From Pseudomonadota bacterium (GTDB taxonomy: Bacteria > Pseudomonadota > Alphaproteobacteria > Rhodobacterales > Rhodobacteraceae): a stretch of 64,000 nt of DNA. The notes beneath the pieces are model-generated. The model saw nothing but the letters and a program-made list of their open reading frames with translations. It had not been told where the DNA came from and ran no database searches. Positions 44,519-52,886 of this stretch are shown piece by piece; positions within the stretch are counted from its first letter, which is position 1; each line of letters starts with the position of its first letter. Location of the stretch: contig JBCBKU010000013.1 in assembly GCA_038521345.1 (NCBI GenBank), positions 13,484-77,483 of the forward strand, given 5' to 3'. A program made the translations under genes and the position numbers.

Positions 44519-46075
44519 TCAGAAATCGGTGGGAGCGCCGCCTTCTGCCTTTCTGCGAGCCACGAAAGCGGCCAGTTCTTCGCGAATACCAGAGTCCATC
44601 GGGGGTTCCTCGAAATCCGCGAGGATTCCTTTGAAGACGTGATGCGCGCGTTCGGCGGTCCAAGTCTCGCCAGCCAGGGCCCAGCCTTCATAGTTCCGCC
44701 AGTCCGAAACGAAGGGTTGATGGAAGGCGGTCGTGTACCGGTCCTGCGTGTGTTGCAGGCCGAAGAAGTGCCCCGTTTCGCCGACTTCCCGGATGGCTTC
44801 CACCGCCAGATCGTCCTCGGCGGTCGATACGAGGGCAGGTTCGAAATAGCGCTGGATCATCTGCAGTACTTCGCAATCCATGACGAACTTCTCTGGGCTC
44901 GCAATCAGCCCGCCTTCAAGCCAGCCAGCCGCGTGATACACCATGTTGGTCCTTGACTGGACCGCGGCCCAAAGCGAATTCGACGTCTCCCACATCGCCT
45001 GACCGTCCGGCACGTTGGCCGCGCAGACGCCCGACGAGCGAAGCGGCAGGCCATAAAACCGCGCCATTTGGCCGGTCATCTGAGTTGCGCGCATGTATTC
45101 CGGCGTGCCGAACGCAGGCGCGCCCGACTTCATGTCGACGTTCGACGTAAAGGTCCCGATCACGCATGGCGCACCCGGCGTCACCCATTGGAAAAGCGCG
45201 ATGGCCGACAGCGCCTCTGCCAGCGACTGCGCCACAGCGCCGGCCATGGTCACAGGCGCCATCGCACCGGCCAGAGTAAAGGGTGTCACGACCACGGCTT
45301 GTCCCCGGCGGACACAGCGCAAGCATCCGTCGATCATGGGATGGTCGTGCTTGAGCGGCGAGGTCGAGTTGATGTTCGTATACATGTGCGGGCGGCTCTG
45401 GAACATCGCTTCGTCCAAGCCCCCGGCTATGCGCACCATCTCCATCACGTCTTCGATCCGCTCTTTGCCGAGCGAATAGGCATGCATAACCTTGTCCGTA
45501 AGCGTCAGCTTGTCGAACAAAACATCCAGATGCCTGACACTGGCGTGCAGGTCCACCGGTTCGACAGGATAACCCCCAGCGAAGTGAATACAGTTGAAGT
45601 ACTGGGTCAGCTTCAGAAGGTTTCGGCACTGTTGCCGCGTACCGGCAACCTTGCCGGTTTCCAGATCCCAGTAATTCGGCGGCGACGACACGTTCCCGAA
45701 CACTAGCGATCCACCTCCGATGGTGAGTTCGCGTGCCGGGTTGCGCGGCGAGATCGTGAATGAGGCCGGCGCGCGGGCAAGCATCTCCATCACCCAATCC
45801 CGCCCCATCCGAACGTTCTGACCTTCGACCGTCACACCGATCTGGCGGAAAAGCTCCAACGCCTCGTCGTTCAGAAACTCGATTCCGATCTCTTCGAGGA
45901 TGCGCATCGCCGCATCATGGATCGCATGCACACCCTCTTCGGTCAGCGGTTCGATGGGGCGATCGGTGTTGAACGGTACCCGCCACTCGCTTTGGTGGAT
46001 GGCGGCGCTGCCTCTGCGCGAAACGCCCCCGGCCCGCCCCCCGGATCGCTTCCGTCTCACTTCCCGTTCGGCCAT
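44519..46075 (-). CDS. MttB-superfamily (trimethylamine methyltransferase-like) protein, non-pyrrolysine type
   Basis: 518 aa, uninterrupted ORF with no in-frame TAG. TIM-barrel MttB-like motifs. GGAGGA RBS. Confidence 0.8.
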   Translation of the reverse strand: MAEREVRRKRSGGRAGGVSRRGSAAIHQSEWRVPFNTDRPIEPLTEEGVHAIHDAAMRILEEIGIEFLNDEALELFRQIGVTVEGQNVRMGRDWVMEMLARAPASFTISPRNPARELTIGGGSLVFGNVSSPPNYWDLETGKVAGTRQQCRNLLKLTQYFNCIHFAGGYPVEPVDLHASVRHLDVLFDKLTLTDKVMHAYSLGKERIEDVMEMVRIAGGLDEAMFQSRPHMYTNINSTSPLKHDHPMIDGCLRCVRRGQAVVVTPFTLAGAMAPVTMAGAVAQSLAEALSAIALFQWVTPGAPCVIGTFTSNVDMKSGAPAFGTPEYMRATQMTGQMARFYGLPLRSSGVCAANVPDGQAMWETSNSLWAAVQSRTNMVYHAAGWLEGGLIASPEKFVMDCEVLQMIQRYFEPALVSTAEDDLAVEAIREVGETGHFFGLQHTQDRYTTAFHQPFVSDWRNYEGWALAGETWTAERAHHVFKGILADFEEPPMDSGIREELAAFVARRKAEGGAPTDF

Positions 46076-46138
46076 GGCGTCCTCCGTCCTCTGACGGGCA
46101 GCATGGCCTGTCCGATCCTATCCGTCCCGGTCCGGAAC

Positions 46139-46160
46139 CGACGCTTGGGCGTCGTTTTTT
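46139..46160 (+). terminator. Canonical intrinsic terminator oriented for the + strand
   Basis: CGACGC-ttgg-GCGTCG followed by TTTTTT. On the minus strand the same hairpin is preceded by A6 and has no U-tract. Confidence 0.45.
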
Positions 46161-46161
46161 C

Positions 46162-46881
46162 TCAGCGGCCGGCGGCTTCACCTTGCAGCCATCCCGGCAG
46201 GTCCGCGATGCTTGGCAACACGGCATCTGCCAAAGGCGCGAGATCGGCGCGCACGGCAAGACCAGTGAGGACACCGATTGTACGAAACCGCGCGCCCCGG
46301 CCGGCCAAGAGGTCGTGTCGGCTGTCTCCGACCATCACGCAGTCATCCGGCGCCATTTTGGTGGCGCGGGCAAACGCGGCGCATTGGCCGGGTTGCGGCT
46401 TGGCACCGAAGCCGCTGTCATGGCCGGCGATGAATGCAAAGCGGTCAAGGATGCCGGCTGCAGCAAGGTGCGCACGGGCGGGCTCTTCCGCGTCATTCGT
46501 GGCGACACCCAGAACCAAACCCATGTCAGCCAGGCGGTCGAGCAGAGGGGCAAGTGGGGCCGCCGGGGCCATCGGCGCGTCGATTGTGCTTTCGACCAGG
46601 CGCGCGATCAAGGACGACCGCAGGAACCGCCCGTCCAGATAAGGCATGAGCAAGTCAGCGACTTCATCTGGCGTGCCAGCAATGGCCGGACTGCTCGGAC
46701 GGAACCCTCTTTCGGCCGTATCGAACCCAATGGCATCGGCCATTGCATCGCCGAGGTCAACATCGCCCGCCGCGAGTTCCTCGAGCATGTCCTCGGCCCA
46801 GCCCGCCCAGCTTTCCTGAAAGTTGAATAGCGTCCCATCCTTGTCGAACAGAATTCCCCGGATTGCCGTCACGCGCGCCAC
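46162..46881 (-). CDS. HAD-superfamily hydrolase (phosphoglycolate phosphatase-like)
   Basis: Motif I ILFDKDGTLF, GVATND, and motif IV MVGDSRHD. GTG start at 46881 or 46872. Confidence 0.75.
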   Translation of the reverse strand: MARVTAIRGILFDKDGTLFNFQESWAGWAEDMLEELAAGDVDLGDAMADAIGFDTAERGFRPSSPAIAGTPDEVADLLMPYLDGRFLRSSLIARLVESTIDAPMAPAAPLAPLLDRLADMGLVLGVATNDAEEPARAHLAAAGILDRFAFIAGHDSGFGAKPQPGQCAAFARATKMAPDDCVMVGDSRHDLLAGRGARFRTIGVLTGLAVRADLAPLADAVLPSIADLPGWLQGEAAGR

Positions 46882-46882
46882 C

Positions 46883-47161
46883 TTAGGTCCAATGTACGTT
46901 CTCGCCGCCAGGCAAGGCGGCACGCGCGCGCAGCGGCTGCTCGAGCCCGCGCCCGGACGCCTCGCAAAATCCGGTGACCCAGGCATCATCCATCAGAATG
47001 AAATCGAGCACAGATCCAAGAAACTCCGCGTCGCCCGCCCGTGTACGCAGATCATCAGGCGAAACACCCGTGGCGCCCATGAACGTGCCCAGTATTTCTT
47101 GATCCGCCGCGATCCACGCCAAGGCCTCAGCCGCCAGCGTCTCGGCTGTTCTCCGCTCCAT
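46883..47161 (-). CDS. DUF3572-family small protein
   Basis: ATG at 47161 gives a 92-aa product MERRTAETLAAEALAWIAADQEILGTFMGATGVSPDDLR. The longer ORF N-terminus is Ser/Arg-rich shadow sequence. Confidence 0.6.
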   Translation of the reverse strand: MERRTAETLAAEALAWIAADQEILGTFMGATGVSPDDLRTRAGDAEFLGSVLDFILMDDAWVTGFCEASGRGLEQPLRARAALPGGENVHWT

Positions 47162-47255
47162 CTCCCGGCGCTCCTTCGGTCGGCAAGGCTTTCTTAAGCA
47201 TTCTCCGAAATAGCTCGGGGCGCCAGTTACAATTCGAATAAAAGGGAGAACGTTC

Positions 47256-48647
47256 TTGGGAGGTCGCGTCCTCGTCGCAGCCGAGTCGGCGACACACCGG
47301 ATCCTGATCCGCGTCAAGCTCGCGGCCGGGCGGTATGTCATCGACACGGCAAAGTCGGGCCAAGAGGTGCTGGCACATGCGCGGGCCGAGACGCCGCCCG
47401 ACATCGTCATCGTCGACAACGGCATGTCCGATCTCAACGGTAGTGAAATCTGTCGGCAACTGAAAGCTGACGTGCGAACACGGTCCTTGCCCGTTATTGT
47501 TGTGACAGGGTCGGAGCACGATGCGGCCGCGACACTGTCCGCGCTAAAGTCCGGCGCTGACGAAGTTCTGGTCCCTCCCTTAGATGACCTGAGCCTGATC
47601 GCGCGGATAAGAAGCCTGATGCGCGCGCGTAAAACGACCGAGGCGCTTGGCCAGCGTGAGCGGACCGTGGCCGAGCTTGGGTTCGCCGAACCCGCGCCGG
47701 CCTTCGCGCCTGCAGGGCGTGTGGCCCTGATCGCCCGCGAGCGCAACCGCAGCAAGATGTGGCACCGATGCCTTGCCCCGCTTGTGCGCGCCCAACTCGA
47801 AGTCGTTGATGCAGATACCGCCTGGTCCGCGGATCCCGACCAACATGGCTCAGATGTCTACGTGATCGATGCCGAGCTCGAGACGCCCGGCGAAGGTCTT
47901 CGCCTTTTGGCGGAATTGAGAAGCCGCCCAGCCACGCGCCACGCGGCAATTCTGATCGTGCACGCGCGTTCGGACACAATGGGCGCGGTCATGGCGCTCG
48001 ACCTTGGTGCCAACGATCTTCTGACCGAGGGCTTCCCGGCTGAAGAACTCGCCATTCGGATCCGTACGCAACTTGGCCGAAAACAAGCGGATGACCGGCT
48101 GCGCGCCTCGGTCGAAGAAGGCCTGCGTCTTGCCGTCCTTGATCCGTTGACCGGGCTTTACAACCGCCGCTACGCCGAGGCGCATGGACGGCGCATCGCA
48201 GCATCTGCGCGCGACTCCCGTCGTCCCTTTGCCGTGTTCGTCGCCGATATCGATCACTTCAAGACGATCAACGATCGGTTTGGACACAGGACCGGAGATC
48301 AGGTGCTGAAATGCGTTGCCGATCGTCTGCGAGACCGACTGAGAGCCGGCGATCTTCTTGCACGAATCGGCGGTGAAGAATTCCTCGTCCTTCTACCGGA
48401 CACCGACCACGCCACCGCGCTTTCAGCAGCCGAGCGTCTGTGTCTCGCGATCGGCGGCGCGCCAATCCCGGTACCGGACCAATCCAAAGCAATTCCGGTC
48501 ACGATCTCGCTCGGAGTTTCGACTTGGGACCCGTCCGCCTGCGCCAAGCCAGGTCTTGGCAGGCTGATCGACGCTGCGGACCGGGCGTTGTTTCAGGCGA
48601 AGACTTGCGGTCGCAATCAGGTGACCGTCAGCCGCACCGCAGCCTGA
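47256..48647 (+). CDS. PleD-like response regulator diguanylate cyclase (REC-REC-GGDEF)
   Basis: TTG start with an AGGGAG RBS. Two receiver-like domains, RAGD I-site, GGEEF motif. Collinear with Caulobacter PleD. Confidence 0.85.
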   Translation: MGGRVLVAAESATHRILIRVKLAAGRYVIDTAKSGQEVLAHARAETPPDIVIVDNGMSDLNGSEICRQLKADVRTRSLPVIVVTGSEHDAAATLSALKSGADEVLVPPLDDLSLIARIRSLMRARKTTEALGQRERTVAELGFAEPAPAFAPAGRVALIARERNRSKMWHRCLAPLVRAQLEVVDADTAWSADPDQHGSDVYVIDAELETPGEGLRLLAELRSRPATRHAAILIVHARSDTMGAVMALDLGANDLLTEGFPAEELAIRIRTQLGRKQADDRLRASVEEGLRLAVLDPLTGLYNRRYAEAHGRRIAASARDSRRPFAVFVADIDHFKTINDRFGHRTGDQVLKCVADRLRDRLRAGDLLARIGGEEFLVLLPDTDHATALSAAERLCLAIGGAPIPVPDQSKAIPVTISLGVSTWDPSACAKPGLGRLIDAADRALFQAKTCGRNQVTVSRTAA

Positions 48648-48659
48648 ACGCACGCGGCG

Positions 48660-49187
48660 TCACTTGCCAGAACGCAGCATTCGCGACAGCCGATCAGCGT
48701 AGGCCAGCCGGTCCTCATACGGCAGTTGCGCGAGGTGGTTCACGAAAATCTCTGTCCCGATGTCCTGGCGGTCCGATGTTCGCCGGCGTTCCCGCTCAAG
48801 CATCACCGCAAAGGCGTCGGGATCGAACGGATTAGCCCGAAGATGCCCCTGCAATTCATCGAAGAGGGCACGCAATTCCTCGCGGTTGCGTTCGCGCCCG
48901 CCCGCGCGTTCTCGATAGGCTCTGGCAAGCGAGCGTTGGTCCGGCGCATCGAAGGCCCGGAGCAAGGGCAACGGCGCCACGTCGCGCGGCAAACCCACGG
49001 CGCTCGATGCCGGACCCCGCTTGGGCGCATCCCGGTTCAGTACGGCGCCGACCACGAGCCCGGCCACCATCAGGTTCAAACCAAGCGAGACCGCGAGCAG
49101 GACCTTGACCCATGCCGGCGTCCGGCGTGTGGCCCCGTTCATGTCGCCGCCGGACCCTCCGGGGCGCGGATCCTCTGTCCCGTTCAT
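48660..49187 (-). CDS. Periplasmic Spy/CpxP-like 'heavy metal sensor' family protein
   Basis: TM/signal segment WVKVLLAVSLGLNLMVAGLVVGAV followed by a helical Arg/Glu-rich domain. TGATG overlap with the anti-sigma gene. Confidence 0.55.
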   Translation of the reverse strand: MNGTEDPRPGGSGGDMNGATRRTPAWVKVLLAVSLGLNLMVAGLVVGAVLNRDAPKRGPASSAVGLPRDVAPLPLLRAFDAPDQRSLARAYRERAGGRERNREELRALFDELQGHLRANPFDPDAFAVMLERERRRTSDRQDIGTEIFVNHLAQLPYEDRLAYADRLSRMLRSGK

Positions 49188-49537
49188 CAGCCGCCAAACC
49201 CTGTCTGGACGCCAGGGACCAGATCCACCAGATCAAACTCCGTCGCCGACAACCCGAATGGCGATACAAGTTCCGGGGACGACAGGCCCAACCAGACACC
49301 CGCCGCGGTGGCGGTGACAAGACCGGCCGCCGATGGCCAGCCGCCGATCGCCTCAAGCCAGTCCGACAACCATTCACGGGGCCCCGACCTGCGGGGCGCG
49401 GGGGCTGGCGCAGTCTCGGCGGCCGCATCTGCGAGTATCCGCGCCACCAGCGCGTCCGACGGCTGCGGCGCCACATCTCGGGCGGCGGCAAACAACGCAC
49501 CAAGGGCCCGTTCGTCCAGTTCGTTTCGCTCACTCAT
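49187..49537 (-). CDS. Putative anti-sigma factor (single-pass membrane protein)
   Basis: Lies immediately downstream of the ECF sigma gene and overlaps it by 8 nt. C-terminal TM segment WPSAAGLVTATAAGVWLGL. Confidence 0.5.
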   Translation of the reverse strand: MSERNELDERALGALFAAARDVAPQPSDALVARILADAAAETAPAPAPRRSGPREWLSDWLEAIGGWPSAAGLVTATAAGVWLGLSSPELVSPFGLSATEFDLVDLVPGVQTGFGG

Positions 49538-50123
49538 CGCCAAATCCCAGTTCGTCCCTCTGCTGTCCAAGGATTCCGGCCAGCTTTCTCTTTCCCCTTG
49601 CGGTCAGACTCTCGACCGCTTCCACCCCGATGTCCATCGCCGCAGCGATCTCAGGGTTCGACAACCCTTCGATATGGCGCAGGACAACGGCCTGTCGCTG
49701 CCGCTCGGGCAGTTCCAGTAACGCGGCTTCCAACGCCGCGGCCCGCCGCGACTTCATCAACTGCGCATCGCCGCTCGGCGCCGGATCTGGCGGCTCGGGC
49801 ACGTCGTCCAGCGCTGGCCCGTTTCGGCGCGATCGGCGCAGACGGTCGGTGCAGAGATTCACCGTGACTCGGAAGAGCCACGTTGTCACTTGCGCCTCGC
49901 CATGCCGCCACTTGGGCGCGATCCGCCAAAGACGTAGCATCGCCTCCTGTGCCACGTCTTCCGCCTCGGCCCGATCGCCCAGAACACGCGACGCATGGGC
50001 AAAAACGCGGGGCGTCAGGCGATGTGTCAGCGTCTCGGCCGCCCGGGCATCTCCCTGCGCCGCGCGCGCCAAAAGCACGTCGTCCGGTTCATCCACCAGC
50101 GCGTCTAGGGGCATGGCCATCAT
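49530..50123 (-). CDS. ECF-type RNA polymerase sigma-70 family factor
   Basis: Region 2 (DVAQEAMLRLW...WLFRVTVNLCTDRLRR) and region 4 (LPERQRQAVVLRHIEGLSNPEIAAAM). Confidence 0.85.
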   Translation of the reverse strand: MMAMPLDALVDEPDDVLLARAAQGDARAAETLTHRLTPRVFAHASRVLGDRAEAEDVAQEAMLRLWRIAPKWRHGEAQVTTWLFRVTVNLCTDRLRRSRRNGPALDDVPEPPDPAPSGDAQLMKSRRAAALEAALLELPERQRQAVVLRHIEGLSNPEIAAAMDIGVEAVESLTARGKRKLAGILGQQRDELGFGDE

Positions 50124-50195
50124 TCCCGGTCAATATCCACCCGCGTCCGTCTGGTCCACCGGCCGCCGCCCTCTGCGGCGGCCGGCAATATCGCC

Positions 50196-50690
50196 TTATT
50201 CGCCGCGGCGACCGCCGCCGTGGCGGCGTCCCATGCGCATATCCTCGAGCGCAGCGAACTCTTCCGACGAAACAGCACCATCGCCGTCTGCGTCGAGCCG
50301 CTGAAGCATCCGCTCGAAACCACCGGAACGCATGCCACGTTGCGCTTGCAGGGCGTCCCGCGAAAGCACGCCGTCGCCATCGGCATCCAGCCGGTCGAAC
50401 ATTTCGGTGGCCTGTTCTGCTGCACGCGCTTCCGCTGCCGCGATGAACTCGGCCTCGCTGACCTGCCCGTTTCCATCCGTATCGACCGATGCGAACCGCT
50501 CTTCGGCCATTGCCGCCAGATCGCTCTCGGTAATCGCGCCGTCACCGTTTGCATCGAGCTCCGTGAAATCAAGCATCGGGCGCGGGCCGCCCGCACGGTC
50601 ACCACCAGCCCGGTCGCCCGGCCCCGCCGTGACCGAAGCCGCGCCAAGCCCCATCGCGACCAAACCCGCGAGAACAAAAATCCGTGTCAT
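50196..50690 (-). CDS. Secreted EF-hand calcium-binding protein (four EF loops)
   Basis: Signal peptide MTRIFVLAGLVAMGLGAASVTA. Loops DANGDGAITESD, DTDGNGQVSEAE, DADGDGVLSRDA, DADGDGAVSSEE. Confidence 0.75.
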   Translation of the reverse strand: MTRIFVLAGLVAMGLGAASVTAGPGDRAGGDRAGGPRPMLDFTELDANGDGAITESDLAAMAEERFASVDTDGNGQVSEAEFIAAAEARAAEQATEMFDRLDADGDGVLSRDALQAQRGMRSGGFERMLQRLDADGDGAVSSEEFAALEDMRMGRRHGGGRRGE

Positions 50691-50908
50691 GTTGTCGGTC
50701 CTTCTTCCTATGGCATCCTGCCTGTTTGTTGTTTGTGATGCTTCGGCACCGCCGCTGCTCACGTGTCCTCTAACGGTGCATCCCGAGAGTTCCGTCGCCG
50801 GTGCGTGCCGATTTCGCGACATCTCGACACAAGGGCGTTTCGAGACATGGGCGCGGCCCTGCGAAACCGGTAGACGTGCCTTTGCGCCCCGCGCCAAGGA
50901 CCCTAGCG

Positions 50909-51298
50909 ATGATCACCGATGCCAATGCCCCTGCCGAACGACCACTCTGGCCGGCCCTACGGGCGGGGTTCTCGCGGCGCTGCCCAAAATGCGGGTCCGG
51001 GCCGCTGATGCAGGGTTATTTGAAAGTACGCCACGATTGCCCGGTCTGCGGACAGCCCTTTCATCATCACAGGGCGGATGACGGGCCGGCCTATCTGACG
51101 ATCCTGATCGTGGGTCATCTGATGGCCCCACTGCTGATCTGGGCCTATTCCACCTTCCGCCCGGATCCGGCGATCCTCGCAACGGTGTTCACACTGGGAT
51201 GCACCACCCTTTCGCTCTGGCTCCTGCCGCGTCTCAAGGGGGCAATCGTTGCCTTTCAGTGGTCGCGGCGCATGCACGGGTTCGGCTCCGAGGCGTGA
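50909..51298 (+). CDS. DUF983-family membrane protein with a zinc ribbon
   Basis: CPKCGSG...CPVCG followed by two TM helices. ATG at 50909. Confidence 0.7.
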   Translation: MITDANAPAERPLWPALRAGFSRRCPKCGSGPLMQGYLKVRHDCPVCGQPFHHHRADDGPAYLTILIVGHLMAPLLIWAYSTFRPDPAILATVFTLGCTTLSLWLLPRLKGAIVAFQWSRRMHGFGSEA

Positions 51299-51984
51299 CG
51301 GACGTTCCCGTTCGCCCGGCCGCGACGGTCATCCTTGTGCGGAACGCCGAAACGCGCCCGGCGGTCCTTATGGGTCAGCGGGGCGCGGGCGCGGCCTTCA
51401 TGGCATCGAAGACGGTGTTTCCCGGCGGTGCGGTGGATCCTGGGGATCGACATGTGACGCTCGCCCGGCCACTTGCGGGTGCGACTGCCGAGGCGCTCTC
51501 GGCTGAAAGCGATGTGCCGGCAACGGCCCTCGCGACTGCCGCCATTCGCGAACTTTGGGAAGAGACCGGACAAGTGCTGGGCCGACCGGGTACCTGGGCG
51601 GATGCACCTTCGGATTGGGACGGCTTCGCCGCAACCGGACATCAACCCGACGCGTCTGCTCTCGCCTTCGTCTTCCGCGCGATCACGCCGCCCGGTCGCC
51701 CGCGACGGTTCGACGCCCGGTTCTTTATTGCCTCCGCCGAAGCACTGGGCGGGGATCCGGACGACTTTTCGGCGGCCTCGGACGAGCTGTCACATCTTCG
51801 TTGGATCACGCTCACCGACACACGACAGGCCGATCTTCCTTTTATAACGACCGTCGTTCTGGCCGAGATAGCAGCCCGTCTTCCCCTTTTGGGGCAGCCG
51901 GACACGGTGCCTTTCTTTCAGACCACCGAGGAAGCCGCCCTGTTCCGACGGCTCGGGGCCTCAACCCCAGATCACCACACCTAA
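51295..51984 (+). CDS. NUDIX-family hydrolase
   Basis: The GTG overlaps the DUF983 stop (GTGA). The Nudix box core AAIRELWEETG is present. Confidence 0.65.
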   Translation: MTDVPVRPAATVILVRNAETRPAVLMGQRGAGAAFMASKTVFPGGAVDPGDRHVTLARPLAGATAEALSAESDVPATALATAAIRELWEETGQVLGRPGTWADAPSDWDGFAATGHQPDASALAFVFRAITPPGRPRRFDARFFIASAEALGGDPDDFSAASDELSHLRWITLTDTRQADLPFITTVVLAEIAARLPLLGQPDTVPFFQTTEEAALFRRLGASTPDHHT

Positions 51985-52854
51985 AATCGACAGGGTCAGG
52001 CCTGCGATGCCAAGTAATTCACGGGGCATTACCCGTTCCCGGAAGAACAGCGTGGCCGCCGCCAGCGAAAGGACCAGTTCGATCTGGCCGACCGCGAAGA
52101 CATATGCGGCGCGTTCCAGTGTGAAGGCCCAGAACCAGAAGAAGCTGGCCACGACGGACAGGGCACCGGCGAAGGCTGCAATACGCCACGCGGCGAAAAC
52201 GCGGACCAGATCGGCTGGTGTCCGCACGGCCATCCAAAGCGAGAGGCCGAGTGTCTGCCCCACCGAAACCACGGCAAGGGTCAGGCCGGCCCGCAGCACC
52301 GGATCATCCGACAGAACCTCTAGGGTTGCTCCGCGGTACGCCACGGCCGAAACAGCAAAGAACACGCCGGACAGGATCCCGAGTCCCGCCGCACGGTTCA
52401 GGATGCGTGCCCAAAAGCGTCCTTGTCCTTCGGGCGGATCCGAAAGCAGCAGGACTGCCAGAAACCCGATGGCCAACGCAGCGGCCCCGGGTCCGGAAAT
52501 CCGGTCACCAAGGACCAGAAACCCGGCCAAGGCCGTCAGAATGACCTCGGTCTTCTTCAACGTGATGCCAACGGCAAAGTTCCGATGGGCAAAAACCGCA
52601 ACCACACAGATCGTGGCAAGGATCTGGGCGGCGCCTCCGGCGAAGGCATTTATCCAGAACGCCGGCTGAAGCGACGGCAGCACGCCCCCTGAATAGAGCG
52701 CCAGACCCAGGACCGCGAGCGGAGCCGCGTAAAGGAAGCGCGCCAGAGTTGCACCGACGGCCCCGAGGCCGACTGAGGCAAGGTGCTTTTGCACCATGAA
52801 GCGCAATGTCTGAACGAATGCAGCCGCGACAGCGAGCCAGACCCAGAGTTCCAT
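51961..52854 (-). CDS. DMT-superfamily (EamA-like) transporter
   Basis: 297 aa, 10 predicted TM helices, duplicated EamA-like halves. Confidence 0.8.
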   Translation of the reverse strand: MELWVWLAVAAAFVQTLRFMVQKHLASVGLGAVGATLARFLYAAPLAVLGLALYSGGVLPSLQPAFWINAFAGGAAQILATICVVAVFAHRNFAVGITLKKTEVILTALAGFLVLGDRISGPGAAALAIGFLAVLLLSDPPEGQGRFWARILNRAAGLGILSGVFFAVSAVAYRGATLEVLSDDPVLRAGLTLAVVSVGQTLGLSLWMAVRTPADLVRVFAAWRIAAFAGALSVVASFFWFWAFTLERAAYVFAVGQIELVLSLAAATLFFRERVMPRELLGIAGLTLSILGVVIWG

Positions 52855-52886
52855 CCGCGTCCCATGCCACGGGACGGGTCACACCG

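Noticed and set aside
44519-46075. Checked the MttB homolog for an in-frame amber (pyrrolysine) codon.
   Set aside because: The reading frame is continuous with no internal TAG, so it is a non-Pyl family member and not a recoding event.
50772-50793. ECF-type promoter look-alike (GGAAC...CGTT on the minus strand) upstream of the EF-hand gene.
   Set aside because: The spacer between GGAAC and CGTT is only 13 nt, against the 16-17 nt expected for ECF promoters. I do not call it.
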